From: Candidatus Bathyarchaeota archaeon
Lineage (GTDB): Archaea; Thermoproteota; Bathyarchaeia; 40CM-2-53-6
Length of the DNA stretch: 64,000 bases
NCBI GenBank assembly: GCA_963833125.1
Contig: CAWHWX010000032.1
Span: forward strand, 16,187-80,186
Reading direction: 5' to 3'
Of the stretch, positions 30,353-42,185 are shown one piece after another; the stretch's first letter is position 1; each line of letters begins with the position of its first letter. Position numbers and translations under genes: made by a program. The notes beneath the pieces were generated by a model, which was given only the letters and a program-made list of their open reading frames with translations, did not search any database and was not told the DNA's origin.

Positions 30353-30857
30353 ATGTGCTGATGATCATGAACTCAGCGGATTTCTTGGGAAAAATAGGTT
30401 CTGCGGTGAGGGAATTTTACGATCACGACTCCATACTAACAATGCTGAACACGGAAAGGCCGATAGCGCATAGAGTGGCTTTCTATCTGGACCCGCTTTT
30501 CGAAGACTGGGATGTAGATTGCGAGTACAATCGCTATGGGAAGGAGAAGATCAAAGAGTTGGAAAAAATACGCGAGTGCGACCCGAGCGGAAGACCGATA
30601 GAATATACCCGGATATAGTGATACACGAAAGAATGTCGGAAGACAGGAATAACATTGCAGTAATAGAAATCAAGCCGAAACCCGACATAGAAGACTGCGA
30701 CAGAATGAAACTAGAACTTATGACTAGGAAGGGAGACGAGGACAAATACAAATATGAATTCGGTTTGTTTTTGGGATTCGAGCCCAGCGGATGCACGTGG
30801 ATTTTATTCGTAGGCGGGGAAAGGAATAGCGACGGAAGGATTGAGGCAAAGGCATAG
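30349..30857 (+). CDS. Putative PD-(D/E)XK nuclease-fold protein (frameshift near 30590)
   Basis: ERPIAHRVAFYL, VDCEYNR and IYPDIVIHER...IAVIEIK; start overlaps tniQ2 stop. Confidence 0.65.
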
Positions 30858-30941
30858 ACACTCTAACCACATCTCAAATGATCCTCTCCAAACTACGTCA
30901 AATGGATTTCCGAAATGAACTGACAAAACCGAACTCAGCAT

Positions 30942-31460
30942 TTGAATACTATCAAGGACTTAGCCATCGCCAAATCCAACTCTCCACGATTCTTCCAACA
31001 AACCTTCCAACAATGCCTCACCCAACTCGCGGAAGGGTGCCACTCCCCAACCGACTTTGAAATCGCGAAACAGCAAATCCCGGAAATCGTCACGGAAGCC
31101 GTCCAACGGCTACGCGAAAGAACCGTGTCCCTAGCGAACCTGGAGTACCGAGTTGAACTAAGAGAGGACCCACACGAAAAGTTGACGTCGAAGAGGCTGC
31201 CGCAACCCTACCAGGTGGCTTGGTTGCTCACGAAGCAGGGAAAGGCTCCGGTCTGCGGAGAGATGGTCGATTTCGCGAAAGTGTTTCCCTTCAGATTGCA
31301 GGGAAGACAATTCACCGTCAAACCCACCCCACAAATAAACTCGAAGGAGATCGACGTAGAGGACTACATCCTCAGCCTACTCGCCTCACTATCACAGGTC
31401 TTCGATCCGATGAATATTCGACTCAAAATGAATCCGACGACCCTCTCAGATTTCGTTTAA
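30942..31460 (+). CDS. Hypothetical protein
   Basis: 172-aa ORF; start uncertain. Confidence 0.55.
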   Translation: MNTIKDLAIAKSNSPRFFQQTFQQCLTQLAEGCHSPTDFEIAKQQIPEIVTEAVQRLRERTVSLANLEYRVELREDPHEKLTSKRLPQPYQVAWLLTKQGKAPVCGEMVDFAKVFPFRLQGRQFTVKPTPQINSKEIDVEDYILSLLASLSQVFDPMNIRLKMNPTTLSDFV

Positions 31461-31579
31461 TACTCATTAACAGGAAATCCAATGCTAAATTTCTGCATTG
31501 TTTCCTTCCCAAAAGAAAATGGTGTAGAAACGAATTTGCTAAGGCGCAATGAAGTTTCTACAAAATGTTTTAACAGTGA

Positions 31580-32089
31580 TTGGTTTTCCTAAAGCGGTTC
31601 TTTCACTTGCTTTATAGAATTAGACGACGCAGAGGATTGAATCCGCTTCCGTCGCTTCTTAAACAAGCTTTGCGTTCTGGTGGTATAATTTTGCTTGAGG
31701 TGGCTGTGGAACAGCAGGATTACGCTCGATCGGGAGAACAAAACTTGAGAGCGATTCGTTCTTTGGAGGAACTCCAATGGGGGCCGATCTTGATGCTGTT
31801 CGTTCACTGTGAAAAGGGGGGGCGAGATTTCTGGATAGAAGCGGCCTACGAGATGGGCGATAATGGATTATCGGAGTTCGACTTCTATCTAAAGGACTGG
31901 GAAGAACGCCATTCAGAAAATCCCACTTCATCAGAAGGCCTCTGCCTTACGGCAAAGGAGAGAAAATTCCTTCAAACTTTGCTTCTCATGGTGTTTCAGT
32001 TTTCTATAGTGGCACCACAAGTAGGATCGGATGTAGCGCGGATGATGCTGCGGTTAGTGAAAATTAACTGGGCGAGAACACAAAGTTAG
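31580..32089 (+). CDS. Hypothetical protein
   Basis: 169-aa ORF; start uncertain. Confidence 0.45.
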   Translation: MVFLKRFFHLLYRIRRRRGLNPLPSLLKQALRSGGIILLEVAVEQQDYARSGEQNLRAIRSLEELQWGPILMLFVHCEKGGRDFWIEAAYEMGDNGLSEFDFYLKDWEERHSENPTSSEGLCLTAKERKFLQTLLLMVFQFSIVAPQVGSDVARMMLRLVKINWARTQS

Positions 32090-32094
32090 AAAAA

Positions 32095-32448
32095 TTAGGG
32101 GGTTGACGGAAGCTCTCTTCTCAGTTTATAGAGAACCTCGTCAACCTTCGGAGTCAGTTTGTAGAATCGTCCCGCTCGTCCTGAGGGTGAATTCGGTTTC
32201 TTGATTTCTCCGACCTCGCTCGTTAGGAAACCGTCTTTCTGCATCATAACCAAGTGAAATGAGACTAGCCGATGATTCTCGTTGACTTCTTTTGCGATTG
32301 CGTCTATGTATAACGGTGCCCGAGCTTGCTTCAGCGCCATTATGATCTTATAGCGAGTTGGCTGAAGTAATGGAGCAGCTTCACTAATTGCGGACAATAC
32401 CAAAATCTCCATCGATCGACCTTTGGACAGCAAGTTCCCATCCGGCAC
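32095..32448 (-). CDS. ArsR-like winged-HTH regulator
   Basis: QPTRYKIIMAL...LYIDAIAKEV...LVSFHL...GRFYKLT. Confidence 0.75.
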   Translation of the reverse strand: MPDGNLLSKGRSMEILVLSAISEAAPLLQPTRYKIIMALKQARAPLYIDAIAKEVNENHRLVSFHLVMMQKDGFLTSEVGEIKKPNSPSGRAGRFYKLTPKVDEVLYKLRRELPSTP

Positions 32449-32882
32449 TTCGTGATATAACGTTTTGCAAACTTGGAACGGTCAATGACCTAGACGCAGA
32501 AACGGGGCCCAGTTAGGGTCTGACATATTCCGAACATTTTCGATACCGACATGTCCATTCAACGGTACTCATAGTAAAGGTATTGCTACCTAGAAACATG
32601 GTCAACATATACCCAAAACTGGGCGCAACCACAAAGTTTATTACTACGTCCACATTCCTTTACTACCTAGTAATGGCGTTTCCCTGAGAGGGGAACTCGA
32701 CCAGTTACCAACCAATTAGGAATGGACCCAGAAAAAAGCGGGATGAAGCGATGCAAGAAAAGCCTCACCGACCGAAGATGCTCAGAGAGCTATTCATGAT
32801 TACTGATTGATTTAGCTTTCGCTTTGGCGTGAGAAATTCTCGCATGATCTTTGTTCCCTCCTCCTAGGAGGTGTAGCGGGAT

Positions 32883-33389
32883 ATGACAAAGAAAGCCAAG
32901 AAAGGAAAGCGAAAGCCGTACCTTGCAGCGGAGCTTCTCATTGAAAACTACTTGAAAAGAAGGACTATTCGTTCCAGAAGACTAGCCGTTACAACAACTA
33001 ACATTGCCCTTGCAGTAAAGATGCCCAACGACAAGACATGGAGAACACTAGAGAAGATGCACGAAAAGAACAAAGTTGACCGTACACCGACTAAGGGCAG
33101 TCGAAAACACTACCTGTTAAACAACATCACATGGCAGCGCTACTATGGCAGGAACATGGAACGGATATTTCTTCAATGTGCCGCAGACCTCCTTCGGTAT
33201 GCTACGGCAGACCCTAGCATACTGAAACTTCTGAACTGCACACTTGCCGACATCAGAAGCCTAGTGAGCGTCTTCACTGATGTGGACCGATACAACCGAT
33301 ACATAGCAACACTAGCAAACAAGGGAGTTGTCACGGCACTTCCAAGACTACTCTGGAGAAGCGACCCGATAAGCTGGTGGCTTACATGA
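32883..33389 (+). CDS. Basic hypothetical protein, possible winged-HTH
   Basis: GGAGGTG RBS upstream; VTTTNIALAVKMPNDKTWRTLEKM. Confidence 0.6.
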   Translation: MTKKAKKGKRKPYLAAELLIENYLKRRTIRSRRLAVTTTNIALAVKMPNDKTWRTLEKMHEKNKVDRTPTKGSRKHYLLNNITWQRYYGRNMERIFLQCAADLLRYATADPSILKLLNCTLADIRSLVSVFTDVDRYNRYIATLANKGVVTALPRLLWRSDPISWWLT

Positions 33390-34058
33390 TGAGGAAACTG
33401 GATTGGCAGTTTCCTTTCCCTTTTTTATTCGTTCGGACGAATCATTCCTTTGTGAAATAATTCTGAGTAGTCCGCATCAGTAATGAGCCACCATCTCAGT
33501 TGGCCGCTATTATCGACCACGAAATCAAATTTGAACTTGACGAATCCGCTAAACAAACCATTGGCGATCTTGCGACCACAGCGTCCGCGTTCAATTTCCG
33601 CTTCTAGCAGTTCTTCTAAGCGAAGCACTCGTGGCGCCCTGTGGGAACGCATTAGTCGGGGGAAGCGTCCATTTTGCTTAGTCATTGATGACAACACTAT
33701 CGCGATTAGATATATGGAGTTTAGCTTCTCTTAGAAAAATAGGACAGAGGGTATGGAACCAGACGGAGAAGGGAAAATGTAATGTGATTCGCAGTGGGCG
33801 ATTCAAAGGAACTCGGTAAACTGATCGTCGAAACTCTGAATCTACAGGTCGGAGATACTTACGAACTACTGACCTGTAAAGGAAACCCATACTACGTGTT
33901 GGTAAAACGAATTCCGGCAGGCATACCAGACGTACCGAAATGGAACGAAGAGGTATCGGGAATGGCGATCGCTTAGAACCGTACTAAGGCGTTTGCGCCA
34001 CCATAACAGGCGGTGTGACTCTGCAAAGGATTCCATAAATCCTAGTCGGGATCCAGAT

Positions 34059-34286
34059 TCAATAATTTTCATGTTCCGAGAAAGCAAGTCGGAACCCGCC
34101 CACGTTGTAGATGACCTCATGCTCCTTAGGCTGTTCGCTTCTTATCTCAACAACTATTGGTATACCTTTTTGTTCCATCGCCGCTTTCACTTTCTCAACA
34201 TTATTTACTTTCACTGAGAATCCACGCACCCCATCAACATCAAGGCGTGGTTCAGTTTGTTCGATAAGTTCAATACCAAACTTCAT
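34059..34286 (-). CDS. VOC/glyoxalase-like protein (possibly truncated)
   Basis: IELIEQ...FSVKVNNVEKVKAAMEQKGI. Confidence 0.55.
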   Translation of the reverse strand: MKFGIELIEQTEPRLDVDGVRGFSVKVNNVEKVKAAMEQKGIPIVVEIRSEQPKEHEVIYNVGGFRLAFSEHENY

Positions 34287-34350
34287 TGCAAGGATTCAAG
34301 CGGGGATATCAAGTATTGTTGGAGCTTAACTCTTCGGGTCAAGCAACTGA

Positions 34351-35667
34351 GTGCCCATAGGTTTGATGTTTGGAATGACCAACCGGACTCTGGAAAGGAT
34401 TCTTCAACTAGAAAATCAGCATTCTACGTATAGAAGCCACTGTCTAAATCTCATCGTGTCCGAAAATGTAGCTAGTCCTTCAGTCCGTAGGAGGCTCTCA
34501 TCTGACTTCGAATGCCGCTACGGAAATGCGTACGCTCCCACTTTGTCCACCGATTGGGAGGCTTTCGCCAAGGTGAGGTGGTACGAAGGTCTTCAGTACG
34601 TAGAAAACGTTGAGAAGATATGTAATACGTTGCTACGGCAACTCTTTGATGCGAAATACGCTGACTATCGACCATTATCAGGAAGCTCAGCGATTTTGGC
34701 GAATTGGCTGAGCTTAACGGAACCTGGCGACACGATTGTCACAACCCGTGATTATGACGGTGGACATGGATCAGGTTGGGACGATTGCGCAACGATTTTG
34801 GGTCGAAAGGTCACACATTGGCCCTTCGACTCTAATGAGTTTAGAATTGATGTCGACAAAGCGGAACGTATGATTCGACGGACTAAACCTAAACTCCTAG
34901 TCTTCGGTGCCAGTCAAATCTTGTTTCCCGCTCCAATCAGTGAACTAAAGTCAGTCGCTGATGATGTCAGCGCATACTGCGTCTACGACGGCTCACATGT
35001 TATGGGGCTCTTAGCAGGAAAACGTTTGCAAGATCCTCTCAGAGAAGGTGCAATCGCTTTGTTCGGAAGTACGCACAAGACATTTCCCGGCCCACAAGGG
35101 GGATTGATTGTATCAAACGCTCAACATGAGATTTTGGAGAAGTTAGACAGAACATTGAGCCCCACCTTGTTTGACAATTATCACCAACACCGAGTTGCAG
35201 CCCTAGCCGTAGCTTCTGCAGAAATGATTGCCTTCGGTCAGGCCTATGCGGATCAGATAATTAGAAACGCGAAAGCCCTTGGACAAGCCTTGAATGAGGA
35301 AGGCTTCACTGTTGTCGGGTCACACAAAGGATTCACCCAGACACATCAGGTATTGTTGGACGTGAGACCTCTGAAGAGAGATGGTCGTGAATTAGCAAAA
35401 GTCCTTGCCTCATGCAATATCATAACAAACCAAATTCATCTTCCCGGCGACCCTTCTGAAGACAGATTCGGAGGAGTTCGATTGGGGACGGCCGAGGTCA
35501 CAAGGACTGGAATGAAAGAAAATGAGATGAAGACGGTGGCTTCGCTGTTCCGGTTGTGCTTGATCGATCGCAGAGGAACAGGCCATGTTAAGAGGCAAGT
35601 CATTAAATTCAAGGCGCGATTCAATCGACTAAAATACTCTTTTGATGAAGGGCTCCCTGCATACTGA
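34351..35667 (+). CDS. glyA: Serine hydroxymethyltransferase-family PLP enzyme
   Basis: LNLIVSEN, YDGSHVMGL, PLP-Lys motif STHKTFPGPQGG, GVRLGT.EVTR.GM. Confidence 0.88.
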   Translation: MPIGLMFGMTNRTLERILQLENQHSTYRSHCLNLIVSENVASPSVRRRLSSDFECRYGNAYAPTLSTDWEAFAKVRWYEGLQYVENVEKICNTLLRQLFDAKYADYRPLSGSSAILANWLSLTEPGDTIVTTRDYDGGHGSGWDDCATILGRKVTHWPFDSNEFRIDVDKAERMIRRTKPKLLVFGASQILFPAPISELKSVADDVSAYCVYDGSHVMGLLAGKRLQDPLREGAIALFGSTHKTFPGPQGGLIVSNAQHEILEKLDRTLSPTLFDNYHQHRVAALAVASAEMIAFGQAYADQIIRNAKALGQALNEEGFTVVGSHKGFTQTHQVLLDVRPLKRDGRELAKVLASCNIITNQIHLPGDPSEDRFGGVRLGTAEVTRTGMKENEMKTVASLFRLCLIDRRGTGHVKRQVIKFKARFNRLKYSFDEGLPAY

Positions 35668-35688
35668 ACCTCAGGTTCTAAGAATTCT

Positions 35689-36006
35689 TCAAATCTTCAT
35701 CAGAAGAGAACCATATCCTTGCACTTGCGCCCTCACCTTCGCAATTCGAAGCCCATTCCACATAGTCGCTTGGTTGGCGCTCACAACAGGTTTACCAAGA
35801 TCCTCTTCCAAAGGTTGCAGTACTTCAGCAGTAGGCAATGCATTGCATGCAGTGAAAATTCCATCCGAGTGTTTTGTATCTATTTCCTTGCCGAATTCGT
35901 ATCCACTATCGGCTAGAAACCTCTTCAAACGCAGATTAACGTCATCCCCATAACACGTTCCGACAGCGACCGTCCGTATCCCGAGTTCTTTCAACGCCCT
36001 TACCAC
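35689..36006 (-). pseudogene. Truncated Asp/Glu racemase / maleate isomerase-family gene
   Basis: DGIFTACNALP...LEEDLGKPVVSANQATMW; N-terminal half missing. Confidence 0.75.
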
Positions 36007-36137
36007 TGACGATGAGGTCGTCGAACCGGGACACCCGCCCCTTCATGACGTTTTGGATGAGTTCATGTCGTTTTACGGACTACTAGACGTCGTCAGTTCA
36101 TGAAAACCCAACATGTCGTCATTCGATTTGCGCTCAA

Positions 36138-37487
36138 TTATTTGTAGCAGAGAAGGATGGAAACGACGTGTTTGATTGCCAAAAGGAAGTCTTGCACCCT
36201 AATGTTTTCATTCGGTGCATGAATATTCGAACCATAATAGCCTGCGCCAATTTGTACAGTCGGTTTCTTCATTATCTTGACAGGAACATACATTGCACCG
36301 GAAGCTATACTATTAGGGTATACCACGGGGTCGATACCATAGACTGATTTTGCCGTTTCTATTGTTAGCCTTACTATCCCTGACTCGGGGTCAGTTCTGG
36401 CTGGATAGAATTTCATTAAGGGTCTAATTTCAATATCGTCAAATCCGAATTTCGTTAGGTGCACTTGAAGTTTGTGCAGTATGTCTTCAGGGTCTTGATC
36501 TGGCACAAGGCGCATGTCTATTTTAGAGAAGGCTTTGCTCGGCACTATGGTTTTCGGTCCCTCGCCTTCATAACCACTCCGGATGCTATCAATGTTGCAG
36601 GTTGGATCGAAGAAGAGTCTTTTTTTGATGTTCTCGGGGTTTTCGTCTAAGGGGATTTGTTCTATTCCTGCCAGCAGCTTTTCTCTCTGAACGTCGAAAG
36701 GCAAGATTTCTAGCAAACGCTCCATAAGTTGCGTTGGTCGACGAATATCATCGTAGAAACCGTCAATTCTTATTTTTCCGTCCGATAATTTGATGCTGGC
36801 TAAAGCCCAAACTATTCTCCAAGCAGGATTGCATAGCAACGGGGCTTTGCCCGAGTGTGCGTCCGATCTTGCCCCGGTAGCATGAAGGTCGACACATAGC
36901 ATCCCTTTGTTCCCCAGCTCAATCGTCGGTCGCTCCGAAGTATCGCGCTCGCTTCCTTCCCAGATTACAGAATCTGCTTCAAGTAATTGTCGTTGTTCTG
37001 TTACGAATGGTGCTAGATTGGGGCTACCAATCTCTTCTTCTCCCTCTACGATGAATTTGATATTAACCGGGCACTCACCGATCACGGTGAGGATAGAGTG
37101 AAGGGCGGCAATCCTTGACGCAAAAGTCCCCTTGTTATCGGCGGTCCCCCTACCGTATATTTTGCCATCGCGAATCTCTGGCTCAAAAGGCCCTGAGGCC
37201 CATTCGTTGAGCGGACCTGGATGCTGCACATCGTAGTGGTTGTAAAATAAAATCGTGCCACACGGAGTTGGCGAACGATATGCCCCGTACACAATGGGAT
37301 TTCCTTTGGTCTGAAAAATTCTTGTTGTAAGACCTATTTGGTCCATCATTTCTCGTACCAAGTCCGCGCATCTTTTCACCCCGGTATTTTCAGTTGAGAT
37401 GCTGGGCTGGTGGACAAGTTCCTTCAGGTACCCCAGGTAGCGACTTCCATTGGTATCGATATGGGGTAGCACATCGTGCAACGACAT
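36138..37487 (-). CDS. M20/M25/M40 metallo-hydrolase
   Basis: YNHYDVQ, GRGTADNKG, EGEEEIGS and HAPNE motifs. Confidence 0.93.
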   Translation of the reverse strand: MSLHDVLPHIDTNGSRYLGYLKELVHQPSISTENTGVKRCADLVREMMDQIGLTTRIFQTKGNPIVYGAYRSPTPCGTILFYNHYDVQHPGPLNEWASGPFEPEIRDGKIYGRGTADNKGTFASRIAALHSILTVIGECPVNIKFIVEGEEEIGSPNLAPFVTEQRQLLEADSVIWEGSERDTSERPTIELGNKGMLCVDLHATGARSDAHSGKAPLLCNPAWRIVWALASIKLSDGKIRIDGFYDDIRRPTQLMERLLEILPFDVQREKLLAGIEQIPLDENPENIKKRLFFDPTCNIDSIRSGYEGEGPKTIVPSKAFSKIDMRLVPDQDPEDILHKLQVHLTKFGFDDIEIRPLMKFYPARTDPESGIVRLTIETAKSVYGIDPVVYPNSIASGAMYVPVKIMKKPTVQIGAGYYGSNIHAPNENIRVQDFLLAIKHVVSILLCYK

Positions 37488-37779
37488 TGGCGGACTGCTC
37501 CTATCGTTAGGTTGAGACTAATCATTCATTTAAAACCAGACCGGTCAGGATTACGGACTCTTCAGAAAACTGCAATTTCCTGCAGCGCGTTGTACTTCCT
37601 TCCGAGAATATTCGATAGGTTCTACTTCCTTCCTCGAGACTGGCGCGAAATCTGAGCGTTTCCTAATAATTGCTAGCCCCTCCAGCATCCTACTAGGTTT
37701 CAAATACCTTCTGGGATCCATCTGAATGCTATTCAAAAGAGAGAGTGATTCTTCTTGAGACTTGTAAATGCTTAACCAG

Positions 37780-38514
37780 CTAGAGAGAGTTGAGCAACCT
37801 GCCATAGCCGTTCACTGGACCCTGGATGCCTCCGAGTCGACAAGAGTACCAGAAACTTGCTACGTTGCTAGTGATTACCGGTTTGCGAAGCTCACCTTCG
37901 AGCCGTGCAACGATCGGTACAGCGTGCAGTCCGGTGCAACTTAGGAAGATTCCGTCAGCATCCGATGTGTCGACACTCTTGCCCAACTCAAATATATCTT
38001 CCGTTTCGAGTAAGCTCATTGATGGCCCATTGCTGATTTGAAGCCCCCGAATGCTGACAACATCGAATCCATGTTGTTCTAAGTACTGCTTCTCGGCGGC
38101 ATTAATATCGTCAGTGTACGGAGTTCCGACAGCAACCTTGTGCACCCCAAGATGACGCAAGGCATTCACTACTGCTGTAATTGTTGTCGTTGCCTTGGCA
38201 TTAGGAGCCAGCTTTTGGATCTTATTGATCAATAGATCTTCGCCTATGACAATGCTGCCAGCAGTGCAGGCAAAACAGATTACGTTTGGTTGAGCCCAGA
38301 CAATCTCAGTGACCGCCTTCTCGACCTGTGATAACAAAGTGGCGAGCACGCTGGGTGAGACTGATGAGGCATCGAACATCATCCGTGAGGCATGAACCGC
38401 AACTCCATCTGGGGCAAGCTGGTTGAATTCTGGTTCAACCGTCATGTCGTCTGCGAGAACGAGCAGTCCAATTCTGTGCCTAAAAGGTGGCAAATTCGTG
38501 CTGGTTTCTCCCAT
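37780..38514 (-). CDS. Maleate cis-trans isomerase / Asp-Glu racemase family (EutA-like)
   Basis: Catalytic Cys pair FACT and FLSCT; GTPY; KPVITSN. Confidence 0.9.
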   Translation of the reverse strand: MGETSTNLPPFRHRIGLLVLADDMTVEPEFNQLAPDGVAVHASRMMFDASSVSPSVLATLLSQVEKAVTEIVWAQPNVICFACTAGSIVIGEDLLINKIQKLAPNAKATTTITAVVNALRHLGVHKVAVGTPYTDDINAAEKQYLEQHGFDVVSIRGLQISNGPSMSLLETEDIFELGKSVDTSDADGIFLSCTGLHAVPIVARLEGELRKPVITSNVASFWYSCRLGGIQGPVNGYGRLLNSL

Positions 38515-38849
38515 GCTATGCATTGAAGGAACTTGACATAAGTTATTCGGAATGTAAGGGCTTTTTGAATGGTATATCCTCATAATAGCAGAGGATCATC
38601 TATATCTTCAATTCGGCTATCCTTTTGACAGGTTTTCATAACGATGAACATCGAGGTCACTTTTGAGAGCTTTATTCTGTCCTACCATGCGAATGAGATC
38701 TCATGATAGGCGATTGAGAACTCCTAAATTCTGAAGGCTCGAAGAAAGCGTAGACACCGCGATCAGCGCAAATCGTCTTTTCGAAACGGTTCCAACCAAT
38801 CGAAACGGCTTTAGGATGCGTCAGGCTCCACTTTTCGTGTGGCATACGG

Positions 38850-39912
38850 TTGAGGCTCCTAGAGAGTCAACTGAGGGAGTTCTACCAGGCTTTTTTCAAG
38901 AAATTCGATGCACCTGAAGACGAGAGTGCGTAATCTTTGCTGACCAACTGGTTTAACGCGGACCTGAAAGGATTCGACGGTCAAGGTATCGTGATGTTCA
39001 ACTTACACTACATTCGACCTCTTGTCGCGGGCGACATGAAATTTGGTCGAACCATCCGCGTCGTAAAAGAGACGCCTGCCATGGCTCTAATTGACGGGGG
39101 AGGCGGAATCAGGGCACGTCATAGGTGCCAAGGCGATGGAGGTCGCTGTTGCCAAGGCTAAGAAGTCTGGCGTAGGCCTCGTCTCAATTGGGAACAGCAC
39201 GGCTTGGGGAAGTACCTCATACCAATCTACGATGGCATTGAAACATGATTGCATAGGCGTAGCGATGGCCATTTACAATTCGCCTATGGTTGCACCGTGG
39301 GGAGGTCGCGATCCGGTTTTTGGTACAAACCCGTTCTCATATGCTATTCCTGCGAAGAAGCATTGGCCAATCGTACTGGACATGTCCACTGCTGCGGCGT
39401 CGGCAAGCCGAGTGTATGAGGCTATGGTGCATGGCAGAAAGATTCCTGAGGGGTGGATTCTCGACTCCTCTGGACGCCCCACAACGGATCCACATGCTCT
39501 TTTCTCCGACCTTTCTCGGCCTGCGGGAGGTGTTCTGCAGACTTTCGGCCCTCGAGGTTTCGGACTCATGATAATGGTTGAACTTCTGACTGGCCCGCTG
39601 TCCGGCATGGGGCTATCCATCAATAATGACGCAGGAGTTAGACTAGGTCAGCTGTGTATGGCGATTGACATTAACCAGTTCACACCCATTGATGAATTTA
39701 AGGAGAAAGTCTGATCGGTTGATTGATTCCGTAAATCCTCGAGGGTAGCTGAGGGCTTCAAAGAGATCTACATGCCAGGAGAATTACAGTTCATCGAAGA
39801 AGAAAAGCGTCGCAAGGAAGGAATCGAAGTCCCCGAAAAAGTGTGGAAAGAAGTCACCGAAGCCGCGAAGAAACTGGGCATTGACTGGGAGAAAGCCATA
39901 ATAGAGGATTAG
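38850..39912 (+). pseudogene. Ldh_2-family (malate/lactate/ureidoglycolate) dehydrogenase, disrupted
   Basis: VAPWGG..PVFGTNPFSYAIP, VLDMST, IPEGWILD; several indels and stops. Confidence 0.8.
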
Positions 39913-39937
39913 TATCACGCCCTATCTTACCCACAAC

Positions 39938-40946
39938 CTACTCTCGTTGCGTTCTTTTGGAAAATGCATTCAACACCTCAAAGGAGATTTCATCATTGAC
40001 GGGAACCAGTACCGGAAGACTTAGACCAGCTTCATAGTAATCTTCGAGCCTAGCTTGGCAATCGTCTGCGTTGCCAACAAGCGCCAAGTGTTTCGCTGTT
40101 TCAATATCAATGAGTTTTGAGGCACCCGCCAAGTCGTATTTGTCCACTCTTGGATCATAGAATTTTCTAAGCCTACCAGATAAGTCAGGATCCTCACCCG
40201 AACCTTCCAAAAGAGCCTCCCCAAGCCTTGGAAAAGACAGCACATACGCAAGAGGTGCTCTGGATAAGCCCGAGTGCCTTCAGATCGATCCTTACATAGT
40301 GAACACCAAACGAGAGAGGCTATGTCGACATCCTCTTTTTGTCGTCCCTTTCTTATCGCAGCATCGGCCAATTGTTCTGTAGAACGTTTCACATATTGAG
40401 GAGAGGTTGCATAGTCCAAAAGCACTCCGTCCGCCACTTCACCGGTCATTTGCAGCGTCTTTGGACCAACTGCTGCGACATATACCGGAACTTTGTGGAC
40501 CGGTGGCTTGCTCAGTCCAACATTCGATATTTTGTAATTTGCTGTAGAGACTGTGATGCTCTTGCCTGATAGCAAATCTCTTACAATTGTAACAAACTCG
40601 CTAAGTGTTTGAAGTGGGTGATCGAATGGGTACCCCATCTGATTTCTAATCAAAGTGATGCTCCCGGTTCCGACGCCTAGAATGAAACGTCCACCGGAGT
40701 CGTCACTGAGAGTGGCGGAGCTCATTGCGGCGAGAATTGGATGACGAGTGTAACACGGAATTATCCCGTCGCCAATCCGATATGTCTAGTGGTCATTGAC
40801 ACAATTGAGAGTGTAGCGAAAGCGTCTCTGAAGAACGGGTTTTCACATGCCCAGATAGATTCGAAACCTTTCTTTTCGGCCTCTTGGGCTACCGAAATTG
40901 TAGCACTTACAGGCGTCTTGTTTTGTGTCGTCATAGCAACTCGCAT
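39938..40946 (-). CDS. LLM-class (Mer-like) oxidoreductase, frameshifted
   Basis: AEKKGFESIW, GRFILGVGTG and YVAAVGPKTLQMTGEVADGV over three ORFs. Confidence 0.8.
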
Positions 40947-41155
40947 TCAGCACCAACTCAATGAATATGCTCTTGAATGAAGAACGTGTAGGACTATGTG
41001 AATTGTTCTGCGTGACTTGCCTAGTGGTTCAGTTCCTGATCAAGACAGAGTGGTATCGTTCTTTGCAATGCATTGTGCAAGAAATCTTGCCGTCGATCCC
41101 GATAAGCGTGTCCGTTTTTGCAGCGTGGCCAATAGGAATGATGGAGTTGGATCGT

Positions 41156-42018
41156 CTACCACGAAAACAAAGAGCTCATTGTGATATTTGTAGGTATTTG
41201 GCAACGTCTATGAGTCGGGAAGAAAACGTCGTCGAAACTGCTGCAATATTTTATTAGATTTTCCATGAATATCATCCTGTGTCCTCGACCGCTTACTTGA
41301 GGGTGAAAAGTCAGAGTCCATACTCCCCAATCTAAGTGGGCTCTCATATAGTCGAGGTCTCCCTTGTAATTGTCAAACACGTCCGTTATTGACCTCAGCC
41401 CGGTTCTGTTATCTCGGATGAATTCAAAGTTTGACCAATCATCTGTTGACCAAGAGATTCGGAATTCCAACACGTTAATTTCTTTGCCGTGGCGCAGCAC
41501 ATCATTTTCAAAGTAGTCACCGCTCCGGCATCTGTATGGTGTGTAGTCGTCTGCCATGAGGCTGCTATCGTATATGAAGCGATTCTCCTGAAGAAGTCTG
41601 GGAGTATCGGTTGTAAACTCCCAGATTGGTGATCTATACCCATACGGTCTTTGCCCGATGGCACGCTCAATTGCGGCATTCCCTTTTTGCAGAGCTGTAT
41701 TCTCCTCATCTGCGTTAAGCTTGGAGATGTTCTCATGCAGGTAACCATGGTTCCCTACCTCATGTCCCTCTCTATGAATCTCCTTAACGTGATTTGAGAA
41801 GTATCCGCGACAAGGCCAGGGACGAAGAAAGTACTAGTTACGTTGTATTTGTGCAGTAGACCAAGAATTCTTGGCACACCAACGTTGGGTCCAAATTCAC
41901 CCCGTGAAATAAATTGTGGTGTCCTGACACCGTACGACGAAATCCATACTGAGTAGGCGTCAAAATCGAAGGTAAAGCACACAGCAAATTTCTTTCCGCT
42001 AGGGAAAACACACTTCAA
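41156..42018 (-). CDS. Polysaccharide deacetylase/PuuE-like hydrolase, frameshifted
   Basis: TFDFDA, SRGEFGPNVGVPRIL, TFFVPG and TLTFHPQVSGR motifs. Confidence 0.82.
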
Positions 42019-42185
42019 AAATATGACCGCAGCTGCTAAGCCCCGTCGTTATTTTAAATTTGCGCACGCTGTGAAGGTCGGATGACTTGCTTATAGTTAA
42101 CAAGGTCAAAGAAATTTTCGACTGGCCGAACAATATATGGCCCAGAACTCTAATTCAGCTGCATAATTCAATGCTGGCAGCACCT

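Noticed and set aside
18605-34350. CRISPR array or CAST effector genes near cas4/tniQ
   Set aside because: No repeat-spacer periodicity and no recognisable Cas5/6/7/8/12 ORF by eye; the 20-bp-period repeats at 18612-18669 fit TnsB sites
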